Below, in pieces: positions 23,953 to 35,088 of a DNA stretch of 58,069 nt (positions are counted from its first letter, which is position 1; every line of letters starts with the position of its first letter). Made by a program: the position numbers and the translations under genes. The notes under the pieces were generated by a model. That model was not told the DNA's origin and ran no database searches. It saw only the letters and a list, made by a program, of their open reading frames with translations. Source of the stretch: Perkinsus olseni (Eukaryota); NCBI GenBank assembly GCA_013115125.1, contig JABANN010000170.1, positions 1 to 58,069 on the forward strand. Reading direction: 5' to 3'.

Positions 23953-26900
23953 ATGACTGACAACAGCGTGAGCACTCAGATCGTCTATGCCGCTTCAGTG
24001 CAGGCCCCTTCAGGTCGAACCCGGCGCTTCGGACGAGGGGTCGAAGGAGGTAGTAGAGGAGGTATCTTCGGAGGGGGCGGGTCCGGCTGACTGCGAGGAG
24101 GTTACGAAGTCACCTAAGGAAGGGAGGAAGGCGGCAAAGCCTACGCCGAAGTTGGTAGGGTCTGGTGCGTGGTGAATTGATGAGAGTGACCGTCGGTCAG
24201 CCCCTGGCCCCGATGTTCCTGCCGCCACAAGAAAGGCGTGCTGCGATGAAGAAGAGGGCGGCTGAGCTGGAGGCGGCCAAGGTGGTGGCGGTGGCGGAGA
24301 TAAGTGTTAGTGATAAGCCTCGACGGGATAGGAAGGCAAAGAAAGTAACTGGTAGTGGTCGTGGGGCCGGATGAGGTCATCTCAGAAGTCTATGAAGGCG
24401 GAGGAAGAGGGGCCGCAGGAAGGGAATCAGGAGGGTCCTTTGAAAGGAGCGAAGGACTCCGTGCGAGATAAGAAAGATATAGTAGGGGTTGATGAGTTGG
24501 TTAAGAGGTGGTATCAAAAAGTTGTCATTTCAGAAGTCGAAGAAAGCTGAGGATGAGGGGCCGCAGGAGGGTCCCTTGAGAGGAGCGAAGAAGGGCCCCT
24601 TGGCAGATAAGAGAAATATAGTAGGGGTTGATGAGTTGGTGAAGAGGTGGTATTAAAAGGTAGTAAATTTAGGAGCCGATGGAGGCGGAGGATGAGGGAC
24701 CGCGGGACGGAAAGGAGGAGGATTCTTCGAAGGATGCAGCGAAGAAGGACCCTCTTGGAGAGAAGAAAAATATAGTACCGGATGACGAGTTGCGGGAAAT
24801 GTGGTATCGGTTGTGTGCCAGCCTCTTGCTCCTATGTTCGCTCCAAAGAGCGAACGATTGCGCATCGCGGCGGAGAAGAAACGTGAAAGCGAAGCTGCAA
24901 GGAAGGAAGCAGAAGAGAAGGTCGGGCGGAGGCGCCGGACCACGCGGGTGGGTTTTCTCGCGTGCCGTGTAAATTCGATTTGTCTATCATTTCCGGCGTT
25001 GCCCTTAAGGTGTCGTACGTCTCCGACGACGCATCGGTCGAGGACGATTCTCCACCGCCTCCCCCCAGGCGGAGGAAGCAGGTCGTAGCCAGGGGTGACC
25101 AGCCGTGGGTGACCTCAGGCTGCTTCAGGTGGCCCGAGCAAAGCCCAAGGCCCGCAAGAAGGCCCGGCCGGAGTCAGAGTCTGAGTATTCAGTCTCCGAG
25201 GAATCCACCACGTCCAAGCCCCCACCCCCGCCCAAGGTGGTCTTGACTGAGTACAGCGCCGCCCCCTTGAAGGTGGCCGGCTGGGCTAAGTCCTCGGGCC
25301 CGGTCTTCGGCATCTTCTCTGGCCGCACTAATGGTGAGCTTCAGGACTCAACTCCCAGAGTAGCTAATCTAGGGTCGACTCAAGGAACACCCACAAAATA
25401 TAGTATCTAGGGTCGACCCTGGGATGATTGGGGAAATATGGTATCCAGGGCCCACTCACTCAATCACCCAACTGCTTTTTCAGCCTCTTCCCGGCCACCG
25501 CGGTCGGAAGCCCTAGTGGAAGTCAAGGGCGTCGAGCCCTCCCCCTTCTGTGGCTCTGTTAATTACGATGAGGACGAGGGCCCATCCGAGACTCTACTCT
25601 GGCCAAGACGGCCCAGCCGCTCCCTCCTGGAGGCACCCGAGATGACGACCGCTCACTCGTCCGTAGAGGTACATCTTAAACGGAATCTTCATGTTCATTC
25701 TAGTAAACGATAGGTTGCAAGTAAAACCCCCATACCACCCCTCCCGGTCATCGGTGATGATGAGAGTGCTAACCCTTGCTCGGGCGAGCGGCAGCTGCCC
25801 TGGCCAAAGACGCGACGAGTTGATATCAAAGAGGCCGTGGAAGCGATGATGGTCCCACGGGATGGTCGGCCGTGGTCCGCCCCACTCGAACCGCAAGATA
25901 CTCATCAGTGGCTGGCAGCTCGGGTTTCCCCGGGTACTGTGTTCTGTCTGATGCATGCTTGAACCTTGGATACTCCCTCAGATCGCAGGAGTGCGCATGA
26001 TGATTGCAAGCATTACCATAAGAATTGGAATCGTCATCATCTCCTGCCGCCCTCGGCCCGCCACAAGCACGCCTTGGCGAAGTGGCTCAAGCTGTGGGTC
26101 AAACGGGCGGATACTGCACGAGATCGGCGTCTAATGGAAGCAGCGCCGGCACCGGCAGCAGCGGGAGCACCGAAGCGCTTGCGCAAGGCTAGTGTGAGCC
26201 GGCACGTGTCCTCGCTGGGATTTGAACCGGGGACCTTTTCTTAGGAGGCTGCATCGGCGAGCACGAATGCCGTGGGAGCACCAGAGTAGGCCCGGGTCTC
26301 TATTCTATCTAGTAACAGATGGACCGCGTCAGGGCCGATGAAGCGGGTTGGGTCCAAAAGAAGGGCAGCAGGGCGAGGACCACCGGCAGGCGAGGGCTTA
26401 GACGTCGTAGGGGGGCGGCGGCCTCTAGGGGTGGGCCAGTCTTCCTCATCGCAGAGATGTGCTACGGCTGCGATGGCTCTGTGCTGGTCTTCGAGCCTCC
26501 TAGCAGGAGCCGAGGGAAGAGGGGGCGGCATCAGTCGGATACCTCGGATGCTGAGGGGATTCTCAACGGCCCCACCTACACCCCTTTCGGCTGCAGCGTC
26601 GTCATCACTGGTGACACTGGCTCTGGCAAGACCAGCTTGGTCTACGCTACTGCTCGAGAGGTACTGCCGGTCGTCGGTGGGCTTTGCGCTTGCCTTCATA
26701 GGAGGTCCCCGGTTCAATACCGGGGTCTACCACTATTTCTATGCCCTCTTTTGCTCTCTGACTGCCATGCCATCCCGCAAGGCTTCACCACTGTTGTTGC
26801 TGTGCTTCTCTCAGGCAGGCGTAGCGGTGATTGAGCTATCAGTGGATTCCTGTCCCCCTGGCCACACAACGCAGGTCGGCCTCAGGATCGAGGAGGCCAT

Positions 26901-28852
26901 CAAAAGCGGGTACCTTCACACTTGTCTGCTCCCTACCTTCAAGCCCCTTCAGCTCGGTCACAGTCCGCGGCAGCCAATCGAGCGTCGCCTCTTCCGCCTC
27001 GGCTGAGCTGCTACCTTCGCCGAGCCCCCCAGAGGAGTCCTCGACCACCACCGGTGTGCTGCAGCTGCTGCTGGTCGATGATGTTGATGCCATCATCGCC
27101 AATGATCGGAGGTATTTCGCGCGTGTCTCTCCCGAGGCGTCGTCCATGGCCCTGGGGTCCCGAGAGTACCGACGGCTCGCTCGCTCTCGTTCGCATCCTC
27201 TGTTATTGATAGCTGCTCGAGTCTTGTTCCGTACATCGCTCAACGCGGCTCACTCCATCCCAAACTTTCGGACGCCCTGTGTCGTGCTCTCTATCTCCTT
27301 CTTGCGCAGCACCCCTTCGACCAGGCAGGTGATAGCCACTATGGGGTATAGCTGCGGGCTCAGTCGCTGCCTGAACCCTGCCTCTCTCTTGGTCACAGCA
27401 TCTACTACTGCTCTCCCTTCCTTCCTAGTAGTCGACCGTTATGATATTCTGACCACTCGGCCGGGCTCTCAATCACCCTCCCTGTCGCTCAGTTACGGGT
27501 CCCTCTTCGGGCAGCTGATAGCGGCTTCCCGTCGCCCAGTGGTCTTCACGGCGCGATCCGCGGATGAGCTTCCGAGGCAGCTCAGACCCCAGCCCATACG
27601 GCGTCGAGAAATCATAGAATTCTGGGATGACTTAGACACATCCCCGTAAGTTCACAACCCCTCCTCCTCATCCACCTGCCATTCCCTGGCTTCAGCCTCC
27701 TCGTGCAGTCGAGTCCGCAGCAGCTGGCCATCCCTCGCCCGACCCAACAGGCGGTCATGGCCGTGGCCCTTCAGCTCGCCGAGGCGCTTCATGGCACGGA
27801 CCTTGGCGTAGGGTGTGGTCGTTCTCTGAGCATCACGCTTGCCCAGACGATCGGTATTGGGCTCATAAGCTATATAAGGACTGCGAGGGTTTGACCACTC
27901 TCGGTACTTGGCAAAACGTTTGGGGAATGCTCGGGACACACTCCGGACCAACCAACCGAGTATAGGAGCATCGGTAGTAGGCAATCTGCACCCACAACAA
28001 GCGTCACGCGCCTACGTGCGCTAAGCTACGCGCCGCGCGTAGCGTAGCTCTTGTGCGTGCAACCTTCGAGACTAAACCCATCGGAAAAGCGTTCGATGCG
28101 TATTGGTAGATTCCCATTCCTCCACCCCCGGCCAGCCTACGACGGCGCATCCTCTCTTTTTAGGCCTCCGCCCTGCCATCGCCCTCTAGCTGTACGGACT
28201 TCCGGCGGGCCGCTTTGGAAGTGGAAGCCGCTAGAAAAATCCCGAACCCCGCCGCCGACGCTGAAGGCGGCACCAGTACATTATTGTCTAGTTCACAACT
28301 ACAGGAGCAGCAACCGACCTTGGAAGACCTCTGCTCGCTGACCAGGCTGCAAAGTGCCCTCGCTGTCGCTGCCACACCGACAGTGCCTCAGCAACGGCAG
28401 GAGTCGGAGGTTGTCGAAGCACTGCGATGCCTAGGGGGGAATCTCAGAGTGCCAAATAGAGAATGTCAAGCTACGGTGATACCGTTAGCCATGCAAATGC
28501 TAGGCGAAAGGGATGCCACTGGGGCCACAACCACGCGGCGGAGCACTCGGGAGAATGCCACTGAACTCTTCAAAATGTGATGCCTTTGGTGTTTCGCTCC
28601 GCCGGGATTATAGCCAACTTTAGGTGGACGGAGAGGCAACGCGTGCGGATGGGGCCGGTGGCCAATTTGAAGAGATGTATCGCGCAGGAGGCCATCGGGG
28701 TTCTGCTCGAACTTCGGGATCGGTACCCCGGCCTGGCCGTGCAAGACAGCAGTGCCGAGACCACCAGCAGTTGCCCTTCCGACACCGAAATGGAGACCGT
28801 CAATTCTCAGGCCACCGCCGCCAATGATGACTACCCTCCTTCAGGGGACTGA
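23953..28852 (+). CDS. ELG1/ATAD5-like RFC large subunit (AAA+ clamp unloader family), multi-exon
   Basis: Long K/E-rich N-terminus; LAKWLKLW; Walker A VVITGDTGSGKTSLVYATARE; VAVIEL; Walker B LLLVDDVD; ASRRPVVFT. RFC1 or CTF18 cannot be excluded. Confidence 0.7.
24386..24821 (+). repeat. Three tandem exon+intron duplication units
   Basis: Phase-0 exons 24386-24481, 24534-24620 and 24673-24774, each followed by a similar intron (gtaggggttgatgagttgg..aagaggtggtat). Confidence 0.85.
26206..26240 (-). pseudogene. tRNA 3'-half relic inside intron 26194..26244
   Basis: Minus strand AAAGGTCCCCGGTTCAAATCCCAGCGAGGACA = variable loop + T-arm + acceptor strand; resembles eukaryotic tRNA-Val 3' ends. 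Confidence 0.5.
26676..26732 (+). pseudogene. Internally deleted tRNA-like element inside intron 26661..26814
   Basis: Acceptor GGTGGGC/GTCTACC (7 bp, 2 G-U), AGGTC variable loop, perfect T-arm CCCGG TTCAATA CCGGG, ends ACCA; D-arm absent. Confidence 0.6.
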
Positions 28853-28952
28853 ATCTGCCAATGAATTTATGCACGTTTCAAATCATGGTTGTTGCTGCTA
28901 GTTTGAGTTGAAGTACCGCAGAGGCTCCTTATGTGCTAGGTTTGCTGCTAAC

Positions 28953-29237
28953 ATGTCGACTGGGCCGTCGGAGATGAAGCAGCCGGCCGACGGCAATCCT
29001 TCTCGTCTAGCAGTTCCCCCACCTGTCATGTTTGGCACGAAGAGCCCCGGGACACAAGAGATTGATGACGAGCAAATCTACTGGCAGAGACGAGGACCGC
29101 GTTTTGCGTTTATTGCTCAGCTGAATGATACGGCGTCTCCGCGGCGACGGCGATGCATCATATTCTGGGTGGCTCTGGTCGCGGCCCTCCTCCTCGTGGT
29201 CGGCATTTCGATCCTTGTACACTTGTTTGCTAGTTGA
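28953..29237 (+). CDS. Small protein with a single C-terminal TM helix
   Basis: 94-aa ORF from MSTGPSE; RRRR followed by CIIFWVALVAALLLVVGISILVHLF. Confidence 0.6.
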   Translation: MSTGPSEMKQPADGNPSRLAVPPPVMFGTKSPGTQEIDDEQIYWQRRGPRFAFIAQLNDTASPRRRRCIIFWVALVAALLLVVGISILVHLFAS

Positions 29238-29591
29238 TCCTCGGGGGCAGGCGTCTAGTGACTCTAAGACTTCTCAATTATCATTGCCGTAGTGGAGCGA
29301 TTTAATAACTTCGGGAATGTCAAACAGATTACTCAGATTCACTTATTCCATTGATATTAATCACTGTGATTGGGTTGGTGTCTAGCAAGTGCTGAATAGT
29401 CCCTCCGATGAATTCCGATTGTAGACCAACGGAACTCCTTATCATGCACACTGATTGAGGATAAATGATATGCTCCAATGATGACCCGAAAGGCGTAGGG
29501 ATTTCACAATAGCGAAAGAAAGCACTCCGTGCCATACTCCGAACACGAAGCAGAAAGATTGTGAGACATCGAAGTTCACGGCGTGTCCCCG

Positions 29592-32500
29592 CTAGAGGCT
29601 GGTGGCTGTGATTCTCGCAGCCTCGCCCTGTAAAAAGAGCGGGGTAACATGCTGAGTGAGATATTCGTCCATCTGCTGGGCGTAATCAGCATGCTGCGCT
29701 CGGTACTTTCGGCAGGCCTCCTCCAGGCTTTCGACCCTGAAAGATGGCTGTTCACGATAGAATCGCTCATCACTCGTATGTTGAGAAACCGGACGGAAGC
29801 AAAAGGGCTCAGCCGCCAACGACTGAAACTAGTTGAGCAAGCTATCGCAAAAAAGGTGATTCGCATATCGATTTGGATCACACTGTAAGAGAAGGCGAAG
29901 TTCAAGAATGAATGAGAGAACTGAACTGCTCGAATGGTGTCGAGAAACGCTGCCGCTGTCTTTGGCATTGGGGTGATGCCCAGGCCTACCACTGGACAGG
30001 CACGCGACCAGCAGCGGTGTTGACGATCCATTTCGGAATGAGGCCCTTGATGTCAGTCTGAGAGAGTATGAACAGTGAAGTGTCGTTGGAATCCGCCGCT
30101 TGCTCAATGATGTAGCCCGAGATGATGGTCTCGGCTCTGATATACTGAGGGATCTGGCCAAATACATTGCTGCTTCGCTCCGCCCTACTGATGACAGAAT
30201 TAGCTGTACCTCGGGCATTTCTGCGCGAGATGCACTGCGCATGAGGATCAAGTAGCGCTTGTCGCCCTGGTTCTTGGGAGGCTGGACGAAGACTCTACGA
30301 TACTGCAGGAAGTCTCTCGCCTGCACCCCGAAGGGGGCCTGAAAAAACCTGTAAAAGCAAGAGAGGTGGTGAAATCGTACCCGTAGGACGCAGTAGAGAG
30401 TGTCGCATAACTCATCGCCTTTGGACGGTTTGAGCAACCTCATTTCGCTGAACGTCTTGTCCCACTCGACCCGCCTCCTGACGAGATTTTCCAAACGGGA
30501 AAGTGCTGGAGATATTCCCACTCGAAGTCGTGGATGTGGTAGAGCACGAGCTCGGCGGGAGTGTCCGTCACGGTAGCCCAGGCACGCACGAGCACCGACG
30601 GCGACACGTCGCTCTTCAGCTTAACCACCTGCGAGAATTCCACCCTCTCGCAGCGTCAGCGGCAGCACTGCGCCCACCTTAATTTTCGTCTTATCAACGC
30701 AAACATCCCAGCCAGTGTACGACGCCCTCTCTTTCTCTTCAAGGAAACGGAATTCTCCCTGTCAGAGACGCCGTAAGGACCCCGGGTTAACTCCGGAAAG
30801 CTCACCAAGCCGATGGGCAACTTGTGCTTGAGGTCGAGGTCGAAATTGAGGAAGTCATCAAAGTCTTTGAAGAAGACTTCACGATTGGCCTGAACAAGAC
30901 GGCCACTTCGTCGTGGAGCTTGCAGACAGATGTCCGAGACTGCACGCCAGGTAGCTACAGCGACTCGGGAATCGTTTCTCGCTGCATCGTCTGTCTCGGT
31001 GGCGGCTCCCTTCGAGAGGACCTGCGCCATGGGAACGATGGGCCAGCGGATTTGCGTGAGGGTGGTGTACGAAAAGATCTGTCTCGCGAATAGCGTCGTC
31101 GAGGTTCGCTGGTGATTCACCCCTGAGAGAGGTCGAGTAGCCACGATTGGCTCCCTGTGCGTCAAACCTTGAGCTAGAGGCCGGCGAGACGTAGGGCGTG
31201 TCGACTTCACCGTTTTCGACTGAAAGTGAGGGCAGTGACCGCGACAGTAGTGGACGGACCGACCTTCGGTAGAGAGAGCTTCTGTTGTCTTTCTCCAAGG
31301 CTTGTTGATCTGTGATGTTGCCTTGCGTAACTAGTCATCACGGACCTTGGGAAGCACGACCACTCAACCCGGGAGTCCACCGTACCGCCTCGCGGATGAT
31401 GCCTCCTTGCTCGGAGTCCTCCCGACCTCCTCGCTCTAAGGCGTCCTTATACCTGCGCTCAGCGAACCAGGCTGATGCAACTCTGCTCTCACATGAGGCT
31501 CTCGATGACTTTCTGTGTCGATGGCGGCGGGTGCCATTGCGAATGCTCGTAAATGGGCTGAGAATATGCTGGTAGGCATCGTCAGCGTGAGTGTGTGTGT
31601 CAGTTCAAAGCCCAACGCCGCAGCCGGCTCAGCTAGACTCAAAGCTCATGCGCGAGCAACCAAACGACGAGCTCTGTGTACTCGCGTTTATTCAGTCCGC
31701 GGAATGCTGTTCCAAGGAGCGGAAGAAACAGGCCAGAGCATCCCATCCTTCAGCGTGAGTCGCGACCTTGATATTGGGGTGCTCGATGAAGGCCTTCATC
31801 CGTTTAACCACTTCGAACTGAGGCTTGGACGACAGAGCCTCGTCCATCGACACCAGTGTTCTCAATATGTCGACACAGATGCGGAGGAAGTCTATGCTGG
31901 ACAGGGTTCGCCAGTTCTGCGAGAAGGGCTACCAAAGTCCGGAGTGGATAATTCACCTTTAGAAAGTCGTCTGTATAGATCCAAAGGCACTGGTGGACGT
32001 CATCGCGGCAGAGGAAGCTGTAAAGGAGGGTCTGAAGACAGGCTGCTGGTGCACGCCCAAGCGTCGGTGCCGAGCCGGACTTCACTCAGTCGGAGTCCAC
32101 TGAGAAAGCGAACTGCCGCCTTGTCCGAAGTACGTCGTAAGCAACGATGATGCATTGCGCGCCAATTATTCCCACCAGTTCTTTCTTGGCCGTGTTGGAT
32201 ATTGTCCCTATCTCGGCGACGGGCTTGAACTCAGTGATAACCTTATAGCAAGCCACACTCCGTATCTTTCCTTCGCTGCCTGTACCAACACGTTTCGAGA
32301 GTTCGAAGGCTCTTACACTTTCGAGGAACCCGGCTGGGTCATCACTACGAGGGAACCTATCCGAAGCGTACCGTATCAAATACTTCAGTCGACGATGCTC
32401 TCGCGACGCCAACAGCCGGCCCGTCCTTCTCTGAGACAACACGATAACGTACTCGTTGACACTCGCGGAAATACACACCTCTCTTCGATCCAACACCACC

Positions 32501-32900
32501 CCCACCAAGGAGCCCAGCCCAGCACCCACGGCGCCGAGGACGACCATTCCCATGGGGCCGAAGGGCAGCGCCAGGAGACCGAGGAAGGCTCCTATTCACA
32601 GTGTCTCGCTCTTGTGTGTTATTAGTGGAGGCCTGACCTCCGACCCACGCCCCTGTTTCTTTCTTCCGAGTGTACGGTCTATTCTGTAAGCGTGATGTCC
32701 AATGCTGATCAAATAGCGTCATGTCAACGGCCTCGCGAGGGCTCACAGGGACCTGGCCAAGTGCATGCTGGTTCAGCCACGGTGGGAGCCGCGTTCGATG
32801 CCACCGAAGGCATCAGAACGTCGCATCGCCTCCGATGCAAAACCGATACAAGAACACCAGGGCCGCGTGAATATCTCGTTCGGGTGTGCGAGGGCATCTT
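29592..32900 (-). CDS. START-domain lipid-transfer protein with an N-terminal TM/GxxxG segment (multi-exon, start approximate)
   Basis: RRVEWDKTF, APFGVQARDFLQYR, YLILMRS, YIRAETIISGYII, TDIKGLIPKWIVN, QW|VESLEEAC; upstream VVLGAVGAGLGSLVGVVL. Confidence 0.85.
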
Positions 32901-33482
32901 ACATCTGTGGAAGACCGCCGCAGAGAGAGGGAGCGTCGAAGCCGCGTTGGGCTCTTCACATCAAACCTTTCGGCACTCCTCTGGGTCTCGATCGTCACGT
33001 GTCTTGCGCTTGGACTAGTATTCATGTAAGAGCAACACTCGACCCTGTGGCAATCTCCGCAGAAAACAGAGATCCTCCACGGAGAGCTCCAGCCCAGGGA
33101 AACTCCGTACAATGCAATTATGAGCTCTAACCGGAGGGTTTCAACCAGACCAGGAAGATGTGGCTATGCTTAGCCGATCGAGAATCGGCACGGAATTGCA
33201 TCGTCTTCTGATCTCGCGTCTCACTTATGAGAGCTCAGACGCGTCAAGGTAAAGTGGGTCGATTCGGCCATAGGTCGTGTGCTCCCATAAACCGCGCTCG
33301 TTACTTCAGTGGCAAAATGATTTCGCCTGCTCTCGGGCTCAGAACGAGGAGACAACCGAGGGAGATTGCGGACCGTAACCAAACAGAGCTGTCCTGGGCA
33401 CTAAACCTCTGAGATATAATGGTAGATAACTAAATGTAAAGGACCTGAGGCGCTGTAACCAGGAGTAAGAGGGACTGGCGAA

Positions 33483-34921
33483 CTATGGAAAAAGAGCGCC
33501 CAAAGGGGAATGACAAACCCCATCAATGGCTATTGTCATTCGGGAGCGTTCGCATCCACGCCGATTCTTTCGCAAAACCATAGGGTTCGAAGAGAAACTT
33601 CTGAACTCGACCTCGGTGAGTCTAATACTACTAACGGCCAGGACTAGAGCAAAGTCTTTGACAGTGGCCATTGGACTGAAGGGGGTAAGATAAAAGCCAT
33701 CGTACCCTTTTCGCGAGTGCGTGAACTTAGAAAATCGGTCGTCCGTGTGCCAGCAGTGGACATGCTTTATCTTAAGATTGGAGACCGAGTCAGGATTGGT
33801 TGATGTGGCGTCGAGAAGGCCGTGACCGTCGTCCGGCTTGGCAAAATTTCCGATGTGATTGAGTGCCAGATGACCGCTGTACATGGAAACAACACCCCAA
33901 TGCCAATGGGGCCATCCATAGGAGCCCGCACAGCACTTCTCGAATTCTGAATACTCCTCCGCGATCAGCCATCTCGCCGAGGCCGCACTAAGACGAGCAG
34001 CGGCCCGAGCAAGCCCCAGGTTGCCGAACCAAGTACTGCCCACGTTCGGGTGGTTGAACTCGTTTCGTAGGCCGAGGGTCTTCGATACATAAGACAAGTG
34101 AGCAGCTGCGTTCTCCACAGTATACCCACCTTGGCCGGCGAGAAGGGTGACGTTTTCCGGCAAAGTCCAGTTGTAGAAGCCGGGCGCCAAGAAGACGTCA
34201 GTATCCGTTCGAAGCACCAGATGGTAGTCAAAGCCGTCGTACTCGGCAAAACTAACGATGCTGTTTATATAACCAGAGTACCGCAGGAGAGGGTCCTCTG
34301 GCTGATTGGCTGGGCGGCTACGATCTTCGATAGGGGTGTAGGGACTGATGACACATCGCGATGGACTGGTGGAATCACGACGCAGATCCTCGACGCAGCC
34401 GAGGCTTCTGGCGAGATTAGCACCGTTGCCATCAGTAAAGATGAGGAGGTCCGTACGCAGATCTGGAGGCTGCTGGGAGAGGGCTAGCAGCCAGGAGAGG
34501 TACAGGGCCCTCAACTCCCGGACTCGGTTCTCCACATCCTTGCCCGGAAGGCATATCATAACCCCACGCACAGTCGTCGAGTTCGTGGTTGCCGAGGAAG
34601 ATTTCAATGCCAGACAGCGTCAACCTCCTCGGCAGCCTTGGTAACATCGCCCTTCAGGCGCGCCTGGCCTTGAGGTGTCTTCCAAAAGGCCTCACTGCCG
34701 ATGGTCACCCACAGAGGTGGAGTTCGACTGACGTTGCGCCGGGTCGCTGGCATTATGGACGGGCTTCTCGTAGGTCGGTTGTTTTCCCGTCCATCCTCGG
34801 CGGTTCGGAATGACGACGGCCCAGGCCGTTGGCGTTGAGCAGAGGGCGAAAGCCAGAAACCAATCTGTACCCCAAGGGCAAGTAGTACAAACCCTGCCAT
34901 GATGGTGATGAGCGCAGACAT
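33483..34921 (-). CDS. Type II membrane DUF7164-like (putative glycosyltransferase-like) protein, apparently intronless, with a frameshift near 34610
   Basis: Signal anchor in ORF 34604..34921; domain in ORF 33483..34607 with YINSI, LRTDTDVFLAP (DxD), GQGGY, NVGSTWFG, WPHWHWGVVSMY, HVHCWH. Family name recalled from motifs. Confidence 0.6.
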
Positions 34922-35088
34922 GGTGCTCAGAGGTGAACTATAAAATCAAGAACATTGATGGAGCAGATGATCACCGTGTTGAGATTGTGACACGGTCACG
35001 CGTGCGCCGAAAGCTGACGTGGAGCGCTGCGGCACGAAAGTTCGTAGGTTCTATCCCAAGGCATGTCGTTTTTAACGACATTTTTCAT

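Noticed and set aside
25365-25418. 13-bp direct repeat atctagggtcgac as a target-site duplication
   Set aside because: The enclosed segment is under 30 nt with no element features; likely local slippage.
31515-32625. Plus-strand ORFs of 211 and 156 aa
   Set aside because: Antisense to START-gene exons; no independent support.
34620-34625. TGA read-through or selenocysteine in the DUF7164-like gene
   Set aside because: Read-through would not join the signal-anchor frame; a frameshift or intron is required.
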